64,000 nt of DNA, taken from the NCBI RefSeq assembly GCF_041956535.1, contig NW_027192207.1, positions 343,163 through 407,162 on the forward strand, in the 5' to 3' direction. Both the position numbers and the translations under genes were made by a program. A model generated the notes under the pieces. The model made no database searches. It saw only the letters and a list, made by a program, of their open reading frames with translations, and had not been told where the DNA came from. This DNA comes from Calcarisporiella thermophila CBS 279.70. Lineage: Eukaryota; Fungi; Calcarisporiellomycota. Position 1 is the first letter of the stretch, and every line of letters begins with the position of its first letter. This document shows positions 37,819-50,270 of this stretch, piece by piece.

Positions 37819-39643
37819 ATGTCCGCGCAAACATCTAATTGCAATGGAAATATACAGACTGAGACGGGTGGAAGTGTCAATGCTGGAAATATTTGTAACA
37901 ACTATTTTATTTTGTTGGGTAAATCTCTTTCTAGCGAGCGGTTTTCAGTAATCTAACATTATATCTGAACTAGGAGCCTCCAACTTAGCAAAAATATCAA
38001 CACCAACTAAATCAGTCAAAAGAACCTTTTTTGCAGTTCCACCGGAGAATAAGAATTTTGTTAATCGCCCCGATATGATCAGAGAATTGGAAAATGCACT
38101 TGCTGAAAGTTCTACAAGAGGATGTAAAATCGCTGCTCTCCAAGGTCTAGGAGGAATGGGGAAAACCCAATTAATGTTGAGATACTGTTATTTGCACCAT
38201 GAAAAATACGACTTCATATTTTGGCTCAAAGTAGATAATTGGACTATGGTAGTAGACTCCTTCCGCAACCTAGCAATTAATATATTGGTATACCAGATAA
38301 TGCATTGAGTGAAGCGTTAGAGGGTGATATTTTCGAATGGGTTCGAGATTGGCTTGAAACCCATTCCAAATGGCTAATTCTTTTGGATAACTTGGACAAG
38401 ATTATCAACAGGATATTTACAATATTGCTATGTAAAGGTGGAAATATCCTCCTGTCAACACGCGGGCGAATTTCGCGTAGGATGGCCACAGTTATTCATG
38501 TGAAAGAGATGAAAGAAGAAGAAGCTCTCTTGGAACTACTTGGCCATGAATTGCATACAATTGATAGAGAAAGTACGCGGTTTTGCTATGCCCACGATAT
38601 TGCGGTTCAACTTGGATATATGCCACTCGCGATAGAACTTGCGCTCGCTTACGTTGAGAATACTTCTTTATCTTTCGAAAAATATCTTAGCCAGCTAAAA
38701 TTGAATCGAAGAAGGTTGTTTTCCTATTACGACGAAGAATCCCTTGGAGATTACCCGCACTCAATAGCATCAGTTTGGAACATATCTTTCAATCGAGTTC
38801 GTGAGATAAACCCTGCGGCTGTACCGATCCTCGAAGTTTGCACTTTTCTTCACCCCGACGAAATTCCAACTCTTCTTTTTGAGTGTCAATATAGGACTTT
38901 CAACTTTTGTTCCAACTCGCAGTCGCGAGAAACCGAATCGCTAGAATGCGAAAGTGTTCAAATGGCAATAGCACTGTTAAACAAATTTTCACTCGTGCCA
39001 TTGACTGTTAGAGATACCGAAGGTAAAGGCACCGAGTTGATGGGTAATACACTAAGAATACATCGTCTCGTACGTGAAAGTGATCTATGATTCACTCGAG
39101 GATAAACAGAAATTAGACTGGGCACGGAAATTGGCCATCGCTTTTAATATCGAAACACAATCTTCGGATGTTTTTGATGCCAACTTTCGATCAAAAATGA
39201 ATTTATATCTTCCGCACTTATACCATATCGTAGATATACTCGAGAATATCAGCGAAGGACCTATTTGTGCGAGGATCTTATAAAGTTGCTAAATAGGACA
39301 ACTTTATACTTGTGTAGAAAAGGAATATATAATATTACGAAGAAGTTTGCTGAATTATCACTAAATATCAGTGAAATCATTTATGGAAAAGACCACCCAG
39401 ACACGGCCGCTTCGCTCTACAGTCCGGCCGTGCTCTACCGTGTTCAGGACAAATACGAGCAGGCTGAGCCCCTATTTCAGCGCGCGCTGGCGATTGGGGA
39501 GAAGGGGTTGGGTCCCGATCACCCAGACACGATCGCTTCGCTCCAACTGTCTGGCCAATCTCTGCTCTCATCAGGGCAAGTACGAGCAGGGAGAGCCTCC
39601 ACACTTTAGTGCACCTGAATCTAAATCATGTAATATATCTTAA
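37819..39643 (+). pseudogene. NB-ARC-TPR NLR with short N-terminal amyloid-like motif; four frameshifts, TPR array truncated
   Basis: Exon 1 (37819-37918) and intron 37919-37973 splice in frame to FAVPPENKNFVNR..GLGGMGKTQL (Walker A), WLILLDNLD (Walker B), LSTR, GYMPLAI, IHRLV, then GPDHPDT TPRs. Frameshifts near 38283, 39073, 39267 and 39544. Confidence 0.88.
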
Positions 39644-40184
39644 CCCGAAAATTATTAATTATACGCCACCTCTATTTCAGCATTCCCCTTTAGATATCTC
39701 CCTATGTTACCTTTTATATAATATTCCCTCAAATTTTCAAGAATTATGGGATTTAAATGAGTAATTAGTTAGTATTTCCGGTTTAACCTAATTCTGCTCT
39801 AGCATTTTCATAATTTATTCATTTTTCTCATTAATGATATATAATTCACCTTTTTTTCTATTTTTTTTTTTTCATTTTTCTAAGAGTTCAAGGTCAATTT
39901 TGTACTAATATATCGGAACATATTTTAAAATATTGACACTTCATTCCTTTCTACATTATTTACTTTCAATGTGTATCACTATGGTATTATGTCCTCATAT
40001 TACCTTAGGAAATACGAATTCATTAAAAGGAATAATTGGGAGGCAATAGCATCAAGAGAAATGAGAAAAGAAAACCAAATCAACAGAAATTTATAAAAAG
40101 ACCTAGGTTGAGCTTCGTATAAAAAGTATAGAAAGTTACAAATTGAAATTGAAAGAATAAAAAAAAATCAAATATACAGCTGAA

Positions 40185-41012
<828 letters not shown>

Positions 41013-42007
41013 TTCAGGTTGATATAAAGGCAGAACGGCGCTGAGATACAAAGGAATTAGAGTCGATTGGATCCCGCTCTATATAATTATAGTTAAGGAC
41101 ACTCTGCAAAAGAAGAAATAAAGAAAAAAAAAGGGTATTCTGCACTACGTTCTCTCAACATGTGGAATTTCTGAAATTCAAAATTAAATAGCGAAACCAA
41201 GTTAGGAAAATTGAATCAAAATCAGGGAAGAATGTCCGAAGTAAGGATTATATATAAGATAGCCAAGCTCACAAGAGTACTAGGTATTTGTATATAGATG
41301 GTAGAGTATATATTCTGCGACAGACCAAGTTTATGTATCCACTGGTTGGGAAAGACTCAGGACAAGGGGTGCTTGATCAGGCAATTATGAACTTTAGCTG
41401 ATTTAGCAGAATTAGCAGCATTTTCTACCTTGAATAACCTTATGAGTGACTAGAATCAAAAGTTAATGCTGAGACTCCTAATACATTAAGAGTGCCAAGG
41501 AGTGTATTATTGAGGAAATTTCATTAGAAATAAAGTTGTCATAGGGTTTAAGGAGTTTAGCCTATTGGGGTTGTTGGATTATCTAATAAAGCCAACCGGC
41601 TCTTGAGTCGTTGATCCGATATTAGATGGAAAAATTATATTAGAGAAGTTAATGAGAGTGTCTGATAAGCCACCTAGTTCTCTTACTTCAAGATCTACAG
41701 TATAGTTTAAGCATATTGCGTTGATTCGGTACATGGTCTATTTGATATACTACTTAGCAAAGAAATATTTTGACCTTTGGTTTGATCTATAGCCGTAGTA
41801 TCTCTTCCTAAACTCTTGCTAAATGACAAGCATATATAAAATTTGTTAAAGCGAAGATGTAGGCCCGAAAATGTCTCAAATAATATAGATTATGAACGCA
41901 GCGAAGAGAATAAGGTGTATATAACAAAAAGCTGGTTGAGTACAAGAAAATTAAGCGAATACAAGGGAAAATAAAATGAAAAGAATTGACAGACGAAGTT
42001 GTTGACT

Positions 42008-42509
42008 CTACCGGTCATCGACAATAGGGTTAAAAGCAATCAACTGGACCACCTTGCCCAGCTGTTCCTGCATGGCTTCTATATCGCCGGAAAGTGACTC
42101 GATGCGATCTTGCGATTCACGCAGTTCTGCATTAGTACGTATATAGTCTTGACACAGCTGATATGCTAAGTGGTGGGCATCTTTCTCGTTCTTTTTTGCG
42201 GATGCCCATTCCTTTAGCTGGGTAAGGGCCTCCTTGTAATCCTGGATATTTGAATTCGGAGTGCCCTGATCTGTGAAAATGGATTAGTCATAAAAACATC
42301 AAGCATGTACATGAGTATGGTTCGCAACCACTGACGGTCAAAGCAAAGATTGACTTACCATGCGATTTCAATAAAGGCACCTCAATCTCCTCATCTCTCA
42401 AAAACGCGTCTAGATCAAATGCCTCGTAATTTGGGTGCTCAGCCAGATCGAGATGGATATCGTCTTTCGTAATAACATGTTTTTCGCTGGCCGATTTTCG
42501 CTTTGCCAT
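42008..42509 (-). CDS. Small hypothetical coiled-coil protein (about 138 aa)
   Basis: Two exons join in frame over a GTAAGT..CAG intron (about 42272-42358). Heptad-like C-terminus ELRESQDRIESLSGDIEAMQEQLGKVV. Confidence 0.7.
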
Positions 42510-42793
42510 ATTGTCCTTGGTATGATATCACTAAAGGAAAGAGGGAAAGAGCATTCACAGTCACGCAGTTCAAAGCACAGGATTCTTAACCCTTAAATTG
42601 TTTCTATTTTTTGCTCATTATTATTTTCCCCATCTTTACTTAGCAACCCATCGATATGTTACAGTGACGGCCTTTATCGTATTCGCATCCACACTCTTTA
42701 ACTTATATCACTTCCTTTTACCCCAATTTCTGTGATCTTTGCTCTGTTTTCTATATCCTGTGACCCTATTTATCCATACGCACCTCCTTCAGT

Positions 42794-43657
42794 ATGATTA
42801 ATTCGTCGAATTACAATTGCATAGCCACATTCCCGCTAATGATGCAAGGGTTGCGGAGGCCTTACTTCTACATTCAAGATTATGAGACGTATGGCCTTGA
42901 AGACAAGGTAAGTGCTTTCGAGTGCCTAACATGGCATGGCCGGCTTTGACGCGTGATTGCCACGTTTTCTTAATAGTACCCGAAAGCAATCTTTGAATCC
43001 CGAAAGATCGATCTGCACGTCTTTTGCGCCAAACATTTTCCATCGTTTAACCTTGACTACATTGTAATGGCATGTGGCATGCTCGCCACCATTGTGCTAG
43101 CTCTCTTCGCTTTGTATGATAGTACAAGTCATATGCTCCGCTTCTTCATATTCATCCCTCCGATTCTCCTCTTCTTCTTTTTCTACATGCGGCGCTCGAG
43201 AATGTAATTCTTGATCCTGTTGTTTTAGTTACTCAGAAAAATAGCGACTAACGGCCAGTGTTTTGCTTATTTTAGGTATGACAAGTTGCGGCTCTTTGAG
43301 ACTAAGCTTAATTCGCTCCTTTACACTTTTACCCAATGCGATGTCTCTGCGCATTCCATAGCATGGCTTCCCCGCCGGCTTCCAAGCGCTATGCCCATCA
43401 TGTTCACCTCCATTTCTCGCTATGCCATTGATCTTGCTGTAGTCGAGCCCGAGGATTACATCGAGGAGTTGCCGGCCTACTCTGCCGTGGGGACGTCGGT
43501 GAATCCGATTGCTCCTCCTACTTATGCATTTTTAGGACCCCAACCTCCTCCTCCTCCTCCTCCTCCTCCAAACGCTCTGCCCGGAGACCCGCAACCACCC
43601 CCTTATGAGATGGAAACCCAAGGCGTCGCAAGGCCAAACCACGTGTATATTAGGTGA
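42794..43657 (+). CDS. Two-TM membrane protein with PY motifs (putative Rsp5/Nedd4 adaptor)
   Basis: Three exons splice in frame from ATG 42794. Two hydrophobic helices, then a tail with LPAY, PPTY, poly-Pro and PPPY. Confidence 0.75.
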
Positions 43658-44489
43658 ACTTGTCGAGCTGCTTGAGGCTACTCCCTGTTTCCCAACTTAA
43701 TTCTAATCCTCCTGCTTATATTGTTATTCTCTTCTTTGTGGAGAGATTTTCAGCTCATCTCATGCCTTTTGATATATTCATATTTTTTTTCTGCTTGGAG
43801 CGTTTCTGCGTACTTGAAGGTGATAGATATCAACACCGTTGATGATACCTTCTTGCTTATTTGCTCTCTTTCCATTCTTTTCACCTGATTCAAAGCTAAT
43901 CGCTTGGATGCTTTTTTTTCTATTTTTATGCTCACGCTTGACTTTTGTAAAATTGTATATAGTCGAAGTTGTTTCTATTGAATAAAGCTATTCTATCTCT
44001 ATTTTCAAAATTTCTTTCTTATTCATCCCAATGTGACTGCTTTAGGTTTCCTAGGTTAGCTATTCAGGGTCAAAAATGGTCTTCGTACTAATCCATTAAT
44101 CCTTCTCTTTCCCCCTGCCCGCGTTGGAAGTTCCTAGAGGCAACGGCTAGACTCTAATGTAAGTAATCTCGGCTTTCCAACGGGGGTGAGATGGATGGAT
44201 GGATAGAGTGGTATCGAGTCAATTCAGCCAATGGGTTAGTGATGAGACGAGAGGAATGGACCGTTGTAAAGAATGCCAAAAAAATAGAAAAGGAATGGAA
44301 GAGATGAGAGAAATACGGAGAAAACACTGGTTTGGGAGATAAAAAAGAGGGCCCTGATGAGGATCGCGATTTGCGATGGGGCCATCCATTGGAGAAGATC
44401 TCGGGACACCATGCCATCCACTCTCACCCTCCTCCAATCTGATCTCTTTATTAATGATTCTGGATTGAATTTATTGTTAGATCGTGAAA

Positions 44490-45261
44490 ATGGCTTCAAC
44501 AAAAATTGCAAAGCCCGCCGCCGACGAGATCGAATTGACTGTTGCCCAGGCTCTCTATGACCTTGAGCAGAACGTCGCGGAGCTCAAAGCTGACTTGAGG
44601 CCCCTCCAGATCTCTGCTGCTAAGGAGGTGAGCATTCCATTTTATAATTTTCTAGTGCAAATACTGCATCATCAAGCTACCTCTTCGCTTGGCAGCTTGC
44701 TTTACTTTGTGTGGTGATCGAGATCTAACCCCTTTTTTATATCCCAGATCGAGATCGGTGGAGGTCGCAAGGCCATCGTCATCTTCGTGCCGGTTCCCCT
44801 GCTCAAGCAGTTCCACAAGATCCAGCAGCGCCTCACCCGTGAGTTGGAGAAGAAGTTCTCTGACCGCCACGTTGTGTTCATTGCTCAGCGCAGCATTAAG
44901 CCCAAGCAGTCGCGTCACTCGCGCGAGAAGCAAAAGCGCCCGCGCTCGCGCACCCTCACTGCCGTGCACGACAACATCCTTGAGGACTTGGTGTACCCCA
45001 CCGAGATTGTTGGCAAGCGGACAAGGGTGAAGGTGGATGGATCCAAGATCATCAAAGTGTAATTATCCTACGCTTCCTCCGATGGAGAGCCATATTTCAT
45101 ATTCTAACGGTATGACTTTTATTTTTGGGTACAGTTTCCTCGACCAGAAGGATGCCACTTCCCTCGAGTACAAGCTTGACACCTTCTCCAACGTGTACAA
45201 GAAGCTCACCGGCAAGGACGTCGTCTTCGAGTTCCCCGCCACCCCCGAGCTGGCTCTGTAG
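44490..45261 (+). CDS. RPS7: 40S ribosomal protein S7 (eS7)
   Basis: [64 protein letters not shown]. Two coding introns. Confidence 0.98.
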
Positions 45262-45597
45262 ATCCGGTCCTTTTTATCTAACGTCACAATAAAATACACT
45301 ATTTGTTTTCTACTCCTCTGTCTCTATTTCGGAACACTGGATGGTTCCTCCCCAAAAACCGCGAGCTTTATTTTAAGTCTATTTAATATGCATAAAAGAA
45401 AATTAGATTCACCCTGAACTGTTCCAAAAGGTTGTCCAAGCCACATAAATTTAAAAATTGCCAAGAATCTGAAGTAGCTATTGAATTGCTGCCCAACTTT
45501 GATCGACACTGAGTGGGGGGGTAGATGAGCCCCCAATAAATAGAAAGGACACCGGAGATCTCCATACGTCTTCATTAGAAATACATAGTTTAGCATC

Positions 45598-46298
45598 ATG
45601 GTCGATGAATTACCGGATTATTATGGTATTCTGGGTGTCCCTGAGGATGCCACATTAGATCAGATCCGAGAAGGTACCATCATGAATGCGTTACATCTCT
45701 CATTTCTTTTCCCCAATATCCTCATCTTGTTCATGTATCACCGTTAGCGTACAAGAGGAAGGCGCTTCAATGCCACCCCGATCGGCATCCTACCATGAGC
45801 CAAGAGGAGGCCACCGCTGAGTTCCAGCGACTCGCCGATGCCTACTTTGTTCTGAGCGATGCCGCCCGACGCCGTGACTATGACAGGCGATTCAGGAGGG
45901 GCCGCCGATCGCAGAATGGGTGGCTCTCGCGGTCAGCCGATCCGGATCGGGTGTTTGTGGATGCTTTTCAGGATCTTCTAGGGGAGGAGCGAAGCGGCCG
46001 CTGGTTCTGGACCCCCGTGGGCGCCATATCGGGAGCTGCCATCGGCTTCATTGTTGGGAATGTACCTGGTGCCATTATCGTATGTGATTTCAAGATTTTG
46101 ATTATTTTCAAGTGGTGACCCATTGACAATCGAGCGCTTCATGCTTAACCCTTTTTAATCTAGGGCGGCTACGGTGGCAGTAAACTTGGCGCAGTACGCG
46201 ATAATAAAGGCATGAGTGTGTACGAAGCGTTTCAGCAATTGACGCGTGAGCAGAAATCGGCGCTTCTCGCAGCGCTTGCGGCCAAAATACTGCAATAA
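45598..46298 (+). CDS. Small DnaJ-domain membrane protein
   Basis: LPDYYGILGV..AYKRKALQCHPDR..EFQRLADAYFVLSD, followed by the Gly-rich segment GAISGAAIGFIVGNVPGA..GAVRDNKG. Confidence 0.92.
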
Positions 46299-47234
46299 AT
46301 TAGGCTGGCCTGTTCCCTCCTTCCTATTTCCCTAGCTAAATTGAGACTCTGAAACTATGAAATTTAATTTTCCAGATTTCATTATTCGGATTTATTTTTC
46401 CAAAATTAAGACACTTTCCCCTTCCCCCCTCTCCCCCCCTCCTCCTCTCCTATGAGCTATGCTCTTCACCGGATTTTGCTCCAAATGATTTGTTAGTAGG
46501 CATCCTTACCGCTTTTTTGTCACCGAGTTTGTTTTCGAGCCGTTTATTTTCCACACAATATATTTGAGTTTTCATATAAGACCTCTCATCCCCCAAGAAG
46601 AGCGTATTTGGGAATACGAGAATCCTATTTTATAGAAGCTTACGGTAGCGGTATCTCGAGCCTCGGAGTGCTGATCCATATATGTAAGGCAAGACGGAGT
46701 TGACGAGAGTTGTGTTCGGGCGTGTCGACATTGGCAGTGCACTTGTATCTTTGGGATTTCTCATGTGAAGTATCCCCGTAAAGGAAGGAGGATATGTGAT
46801 GACAAAGAGAATTCCTCCTCCCCTAAATTGTATCACTTTACCGACCCATCGGAAAAGGAATTAGGCCGGAGAGAAATCCCCTGTTGGCTCTAGCTCCTGT
46901 GCACAGACGGGCCAGGCTGTGGCAGCCAGGGGAGATCGTGCGGCCCGCCCCATTGGTGAGATTCGATAATTTGCTACAAGGGTTCACACTGCCTTGGAGG
47001 CTCAATTCATAGAAGCTTTTCCCGATCCTGCTGCTACAATAAAGGCGGAGATGAAACAACTTTGTTTTCTCTAGTCAGCAGAATTAACGGCTCTCTTATT
47101 AGAGGTCCACGGAGAGCTTGGTTGCCTTCATTCTTACCTTCTTCTTCCCGCTTTACCCCGCATCGAATACCAGCATCTCCCCCATCTCGCCTCCATCACA
47201 CTCCACTCATTCTCCAAGAAGAAGAAGTAGAAGG

Positions 47235-48913
47235 ATGACGGTCTACCGCACCTATCCGATACGGTTTTTCGGCCTTATCATCATAGCTTTGCTGAACATC
47301 AGCAATTCATTTAACTGGCTAACGTTTGCATCCGTGGCGGTGCAATCCCAGGATTACTATCGCATCGAACCCACGCAGCTGAATTTCTTCTCCTTCACAT
47401 TCCTGTTTGTCTTTATCGTGCTTAGCTGGCCCACGGCATGGATGCTCCGACGATTCAGCCTAAAACTTGGAGTGAGCGGCGAATTCTATTGGCCCGATGT
47501 CTTATCGAATACTAATGAAGCAATTTTAATCATTTAGCTCACCTTGGCGGCCACACTGAATGCTCTTGGCGCATGGGTAAACATCCCACTCATCTTCCAA
47601 GTATTCTCTACACTCCATCTAACCCATCCATGGCTTTTCTTCCTAACCAAAGGTACGATATTTTGGCACCTTTGCTCCCAATCCCGCCACCGCCTTTGCG
47701 ATAGCCATGCTAGGCCAGGTTATCTCTGCGAGCGCACAACCCACCCTGCTCTCGGTTCCGACTCAATATGCTGCCACGTGGTTCAGCCAGGAGGGTCGTG
47801 CAACGGCGACCATGGTTGGTTCGGTTGGTGGGTATCCCCTATATAGGCATTAGGTGAGCCAAGGCAGATATTGACTAGCGGCTCTCCTTTATTGTAGCCA
47901 ACCCACTGGGCGTCGCCGTGGCTTCTGCAGTTTTGCCGGAGATTGTTAAGAGTAAAGGCAGTGTGCCCCTTGGGGTAAGTCTATTCTAATGATAGCCTCA
48001 TTTTATTCCAGTCATTTAAACTCTGTTCCCCACAACTTCAGCTATTAACCGCGGCCATCATTGCCACGGTGTTTGCTATTCCGACGCCCTTCATTCCCAA
48101 CAAGCCCCCCACGCCTCCGTCGCCGTCCGCCTTCTATGAGCCTGAGCCCTACCTCCAAGGAGTGCAAAAGCTGGTTCGTAACATCAACTTCTGGGTGCTC
48201 TTTTTCGTTTTCGGTTCCTTTGTCGGTGCATTCTCAGCGTTCACCTCCCTGCTCTCCCTCATCGTTACCCCCTATAATTACACGGAGGCGGACGCGGGAG
48301 TGTTCAGCATCATCCTGGTTGTGTGTGGTCTCGTGGGGGCCATTTCGATGGCCATCGTGTCCGATAGGACTAAGAGACACTCCCTCATTATTAAGACAAT
48401 GACGCCGAGTGCGGGTGTGCTCCTGATAGGGCTCATTTTTGCGGTGCGAGAGGACGATTTTATTGGCATCGCCGTGGTGTGCGCGCTGCTGGGATTCGTC
48501 ATGTTCAGCTGTTTGCCTGTGGGCTTGGAGCTAGGAGTTGAATGTAAGGATGGCGACCGCTTCATCTCCATCCCATTTTGCTAATTTCATTTCTTTGCTC
48601 AGGCACGTACCCCATTGCCGAGGCAACCTCCTCCGCGGCCCTCTGGATGGGTTCCCAGATCTTCTCTATCATATTCCTCTTTGCCATGGATGCCCTGCGC
48701 GATTCTACCGGCGTCCCGAAGAACAACATGCGCCGGTCATTAATATTTGTTGCGGCGATTGGAATGGTGGCTGGGCTGTCATCCCTGCTGTACCGAGGAA
48801 GGAACAACCGAATCGAGAGTGAGAGAAACATGGACAGTAGCCCGTCGTCCACGCGGCCGCAGGGACCCGGATGGGTTGAGCTGGAGGACAATAGAGCGAT
48901 GTCGCCGCGATGA
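47235..48913 (+). CDS. MFS transporter, FLVCR/SLC49-like
   Basis: YRTYPIRFFGL..WLTFA, ATWFSQEGRATAT, PNKPPTPPSPSA, LPVGLELGVECTYPIAEATSS. Multiple TM helices across several exons. Confidence 0.88.
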
Positions 48914-50270
48914 GGAGTGTTCTGTTAATAGTTTGCTGGCCAATGGAGGCCGCTCCCTTGGCTTTATTTATAGCCTCGCCCTCTAACTTCGTTGTTTTCA
49001 TTTCCTCTCTCTCTATAGAGCTTGTGTTTGCTTCTGTTCTTGTTTTTCCCTGTTTTACCATATTCTGATAACCCCCTCCCCCCCCCAAACCTGGCCTTCT
49101 TTTTTTGTACTTCTCTAATTCCCCATCTCTCTAGCATTGTTTGTTTTTCTGGTTGCTCGATGTCATACATTAAGAAGTCTGAAACAGCGCACCCTAATTT
49201 GCTTCTCTTGAGAACATTGCCAAACGCTCCATGCGCATCTGCATTTTGCGCTCCAGCCGCTACAATCCAGGAATTTTCCTCGCCTCAGAGGAGTCTGAAA
49301 TCGGCGCCCAAGAAGGAAAAAGTTCATTTCTTTTTCTGATTCGCGGTCGCACCAACACTAATTCTAACCCCATGCTCATGGAGCAATTCCGGCCCACCGC
49401 TTCATTTCACTTACGGTGTCCATATTTTTTGCTGCCAGCGATGCACGGGCCCATCCCAATCAGCCGCGGTGCCGGCCTGCAGGCATGGGCCGCCTCCAAG
49501 CCCAAGCGGGGACTGCTTTGCATCGAGGGGTTGTAGTCCCGCCCTTCCCTTTTCGCGGCAACGTGCATCGACTTGCATCGCCCCGCGCAGGCCATGGCGG
49601 GCGAGTTATGGGCAGCCGCAAAGGGCACTGGCGCACGCCTGCAGGGAAACCAGGGCCGGGCAGGAGTGCAGCATAGCGGGCTCCGAGTTTGGCTGGAGCC
49701 CCATCCCGGCTGAGCGCATTTCTCGACTCTGGCTACACAAGCAAGCTCCCCCGTTCATTACCAGGAATTTTGCGGGCACCGCCGCCAGAGCGTTTATCCC
49801 CCCCAGCCCGACGTCAGCGGGCCAAGGCGGACGGGCGCCAATGCCGCGGCAGGAGAGCCTGCTTGGGCAGGGCCGGCTTCGTTGTGAGGGCCGAGGCGGC
49901 TGCGGCCGAGGGCAGCTCGGCAGACGCTTGACGGCTGCCGGGAAAACAGCCAGGCGCATTGTTTAGGCAGAGGTGGTGCAGACACGGGCATTGGGGGGCC
50001 ACCAATGCCCTAAATGATTGCCAAAAATGAGGCAGGAGTTTGTGGCCGGAGATTTGATTGCTTTTCATGGTACGAGCCTTCCATAACCTCTCGGCTCCTG
50101 CGCAAAACTCTAATCGGCAGATTGTTCACGTTCCTTAGTGTGCCGCCAGCCTGGACCCAAAGAAGCAGTGCCTTTTTGGTTTAAAAGGGGGGCATCGCCT
50201 GCCCCGCGTTGCCGTCTCACTTTCCCCCCCTCGCCACCTGCACTTTTCCTCCCCCGAATGCGCCGCGGCC

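Noticed and set aside
44349-44400. CUGAUGA as a hammerhead ribozyme core
   Set aside because: No GAAA follows the candidate stem II and the other stems are missing.
49400-50070. Overlapping 65-165 aa ORFs
   Set aside because: By-product of high GC; no coherent protein features.
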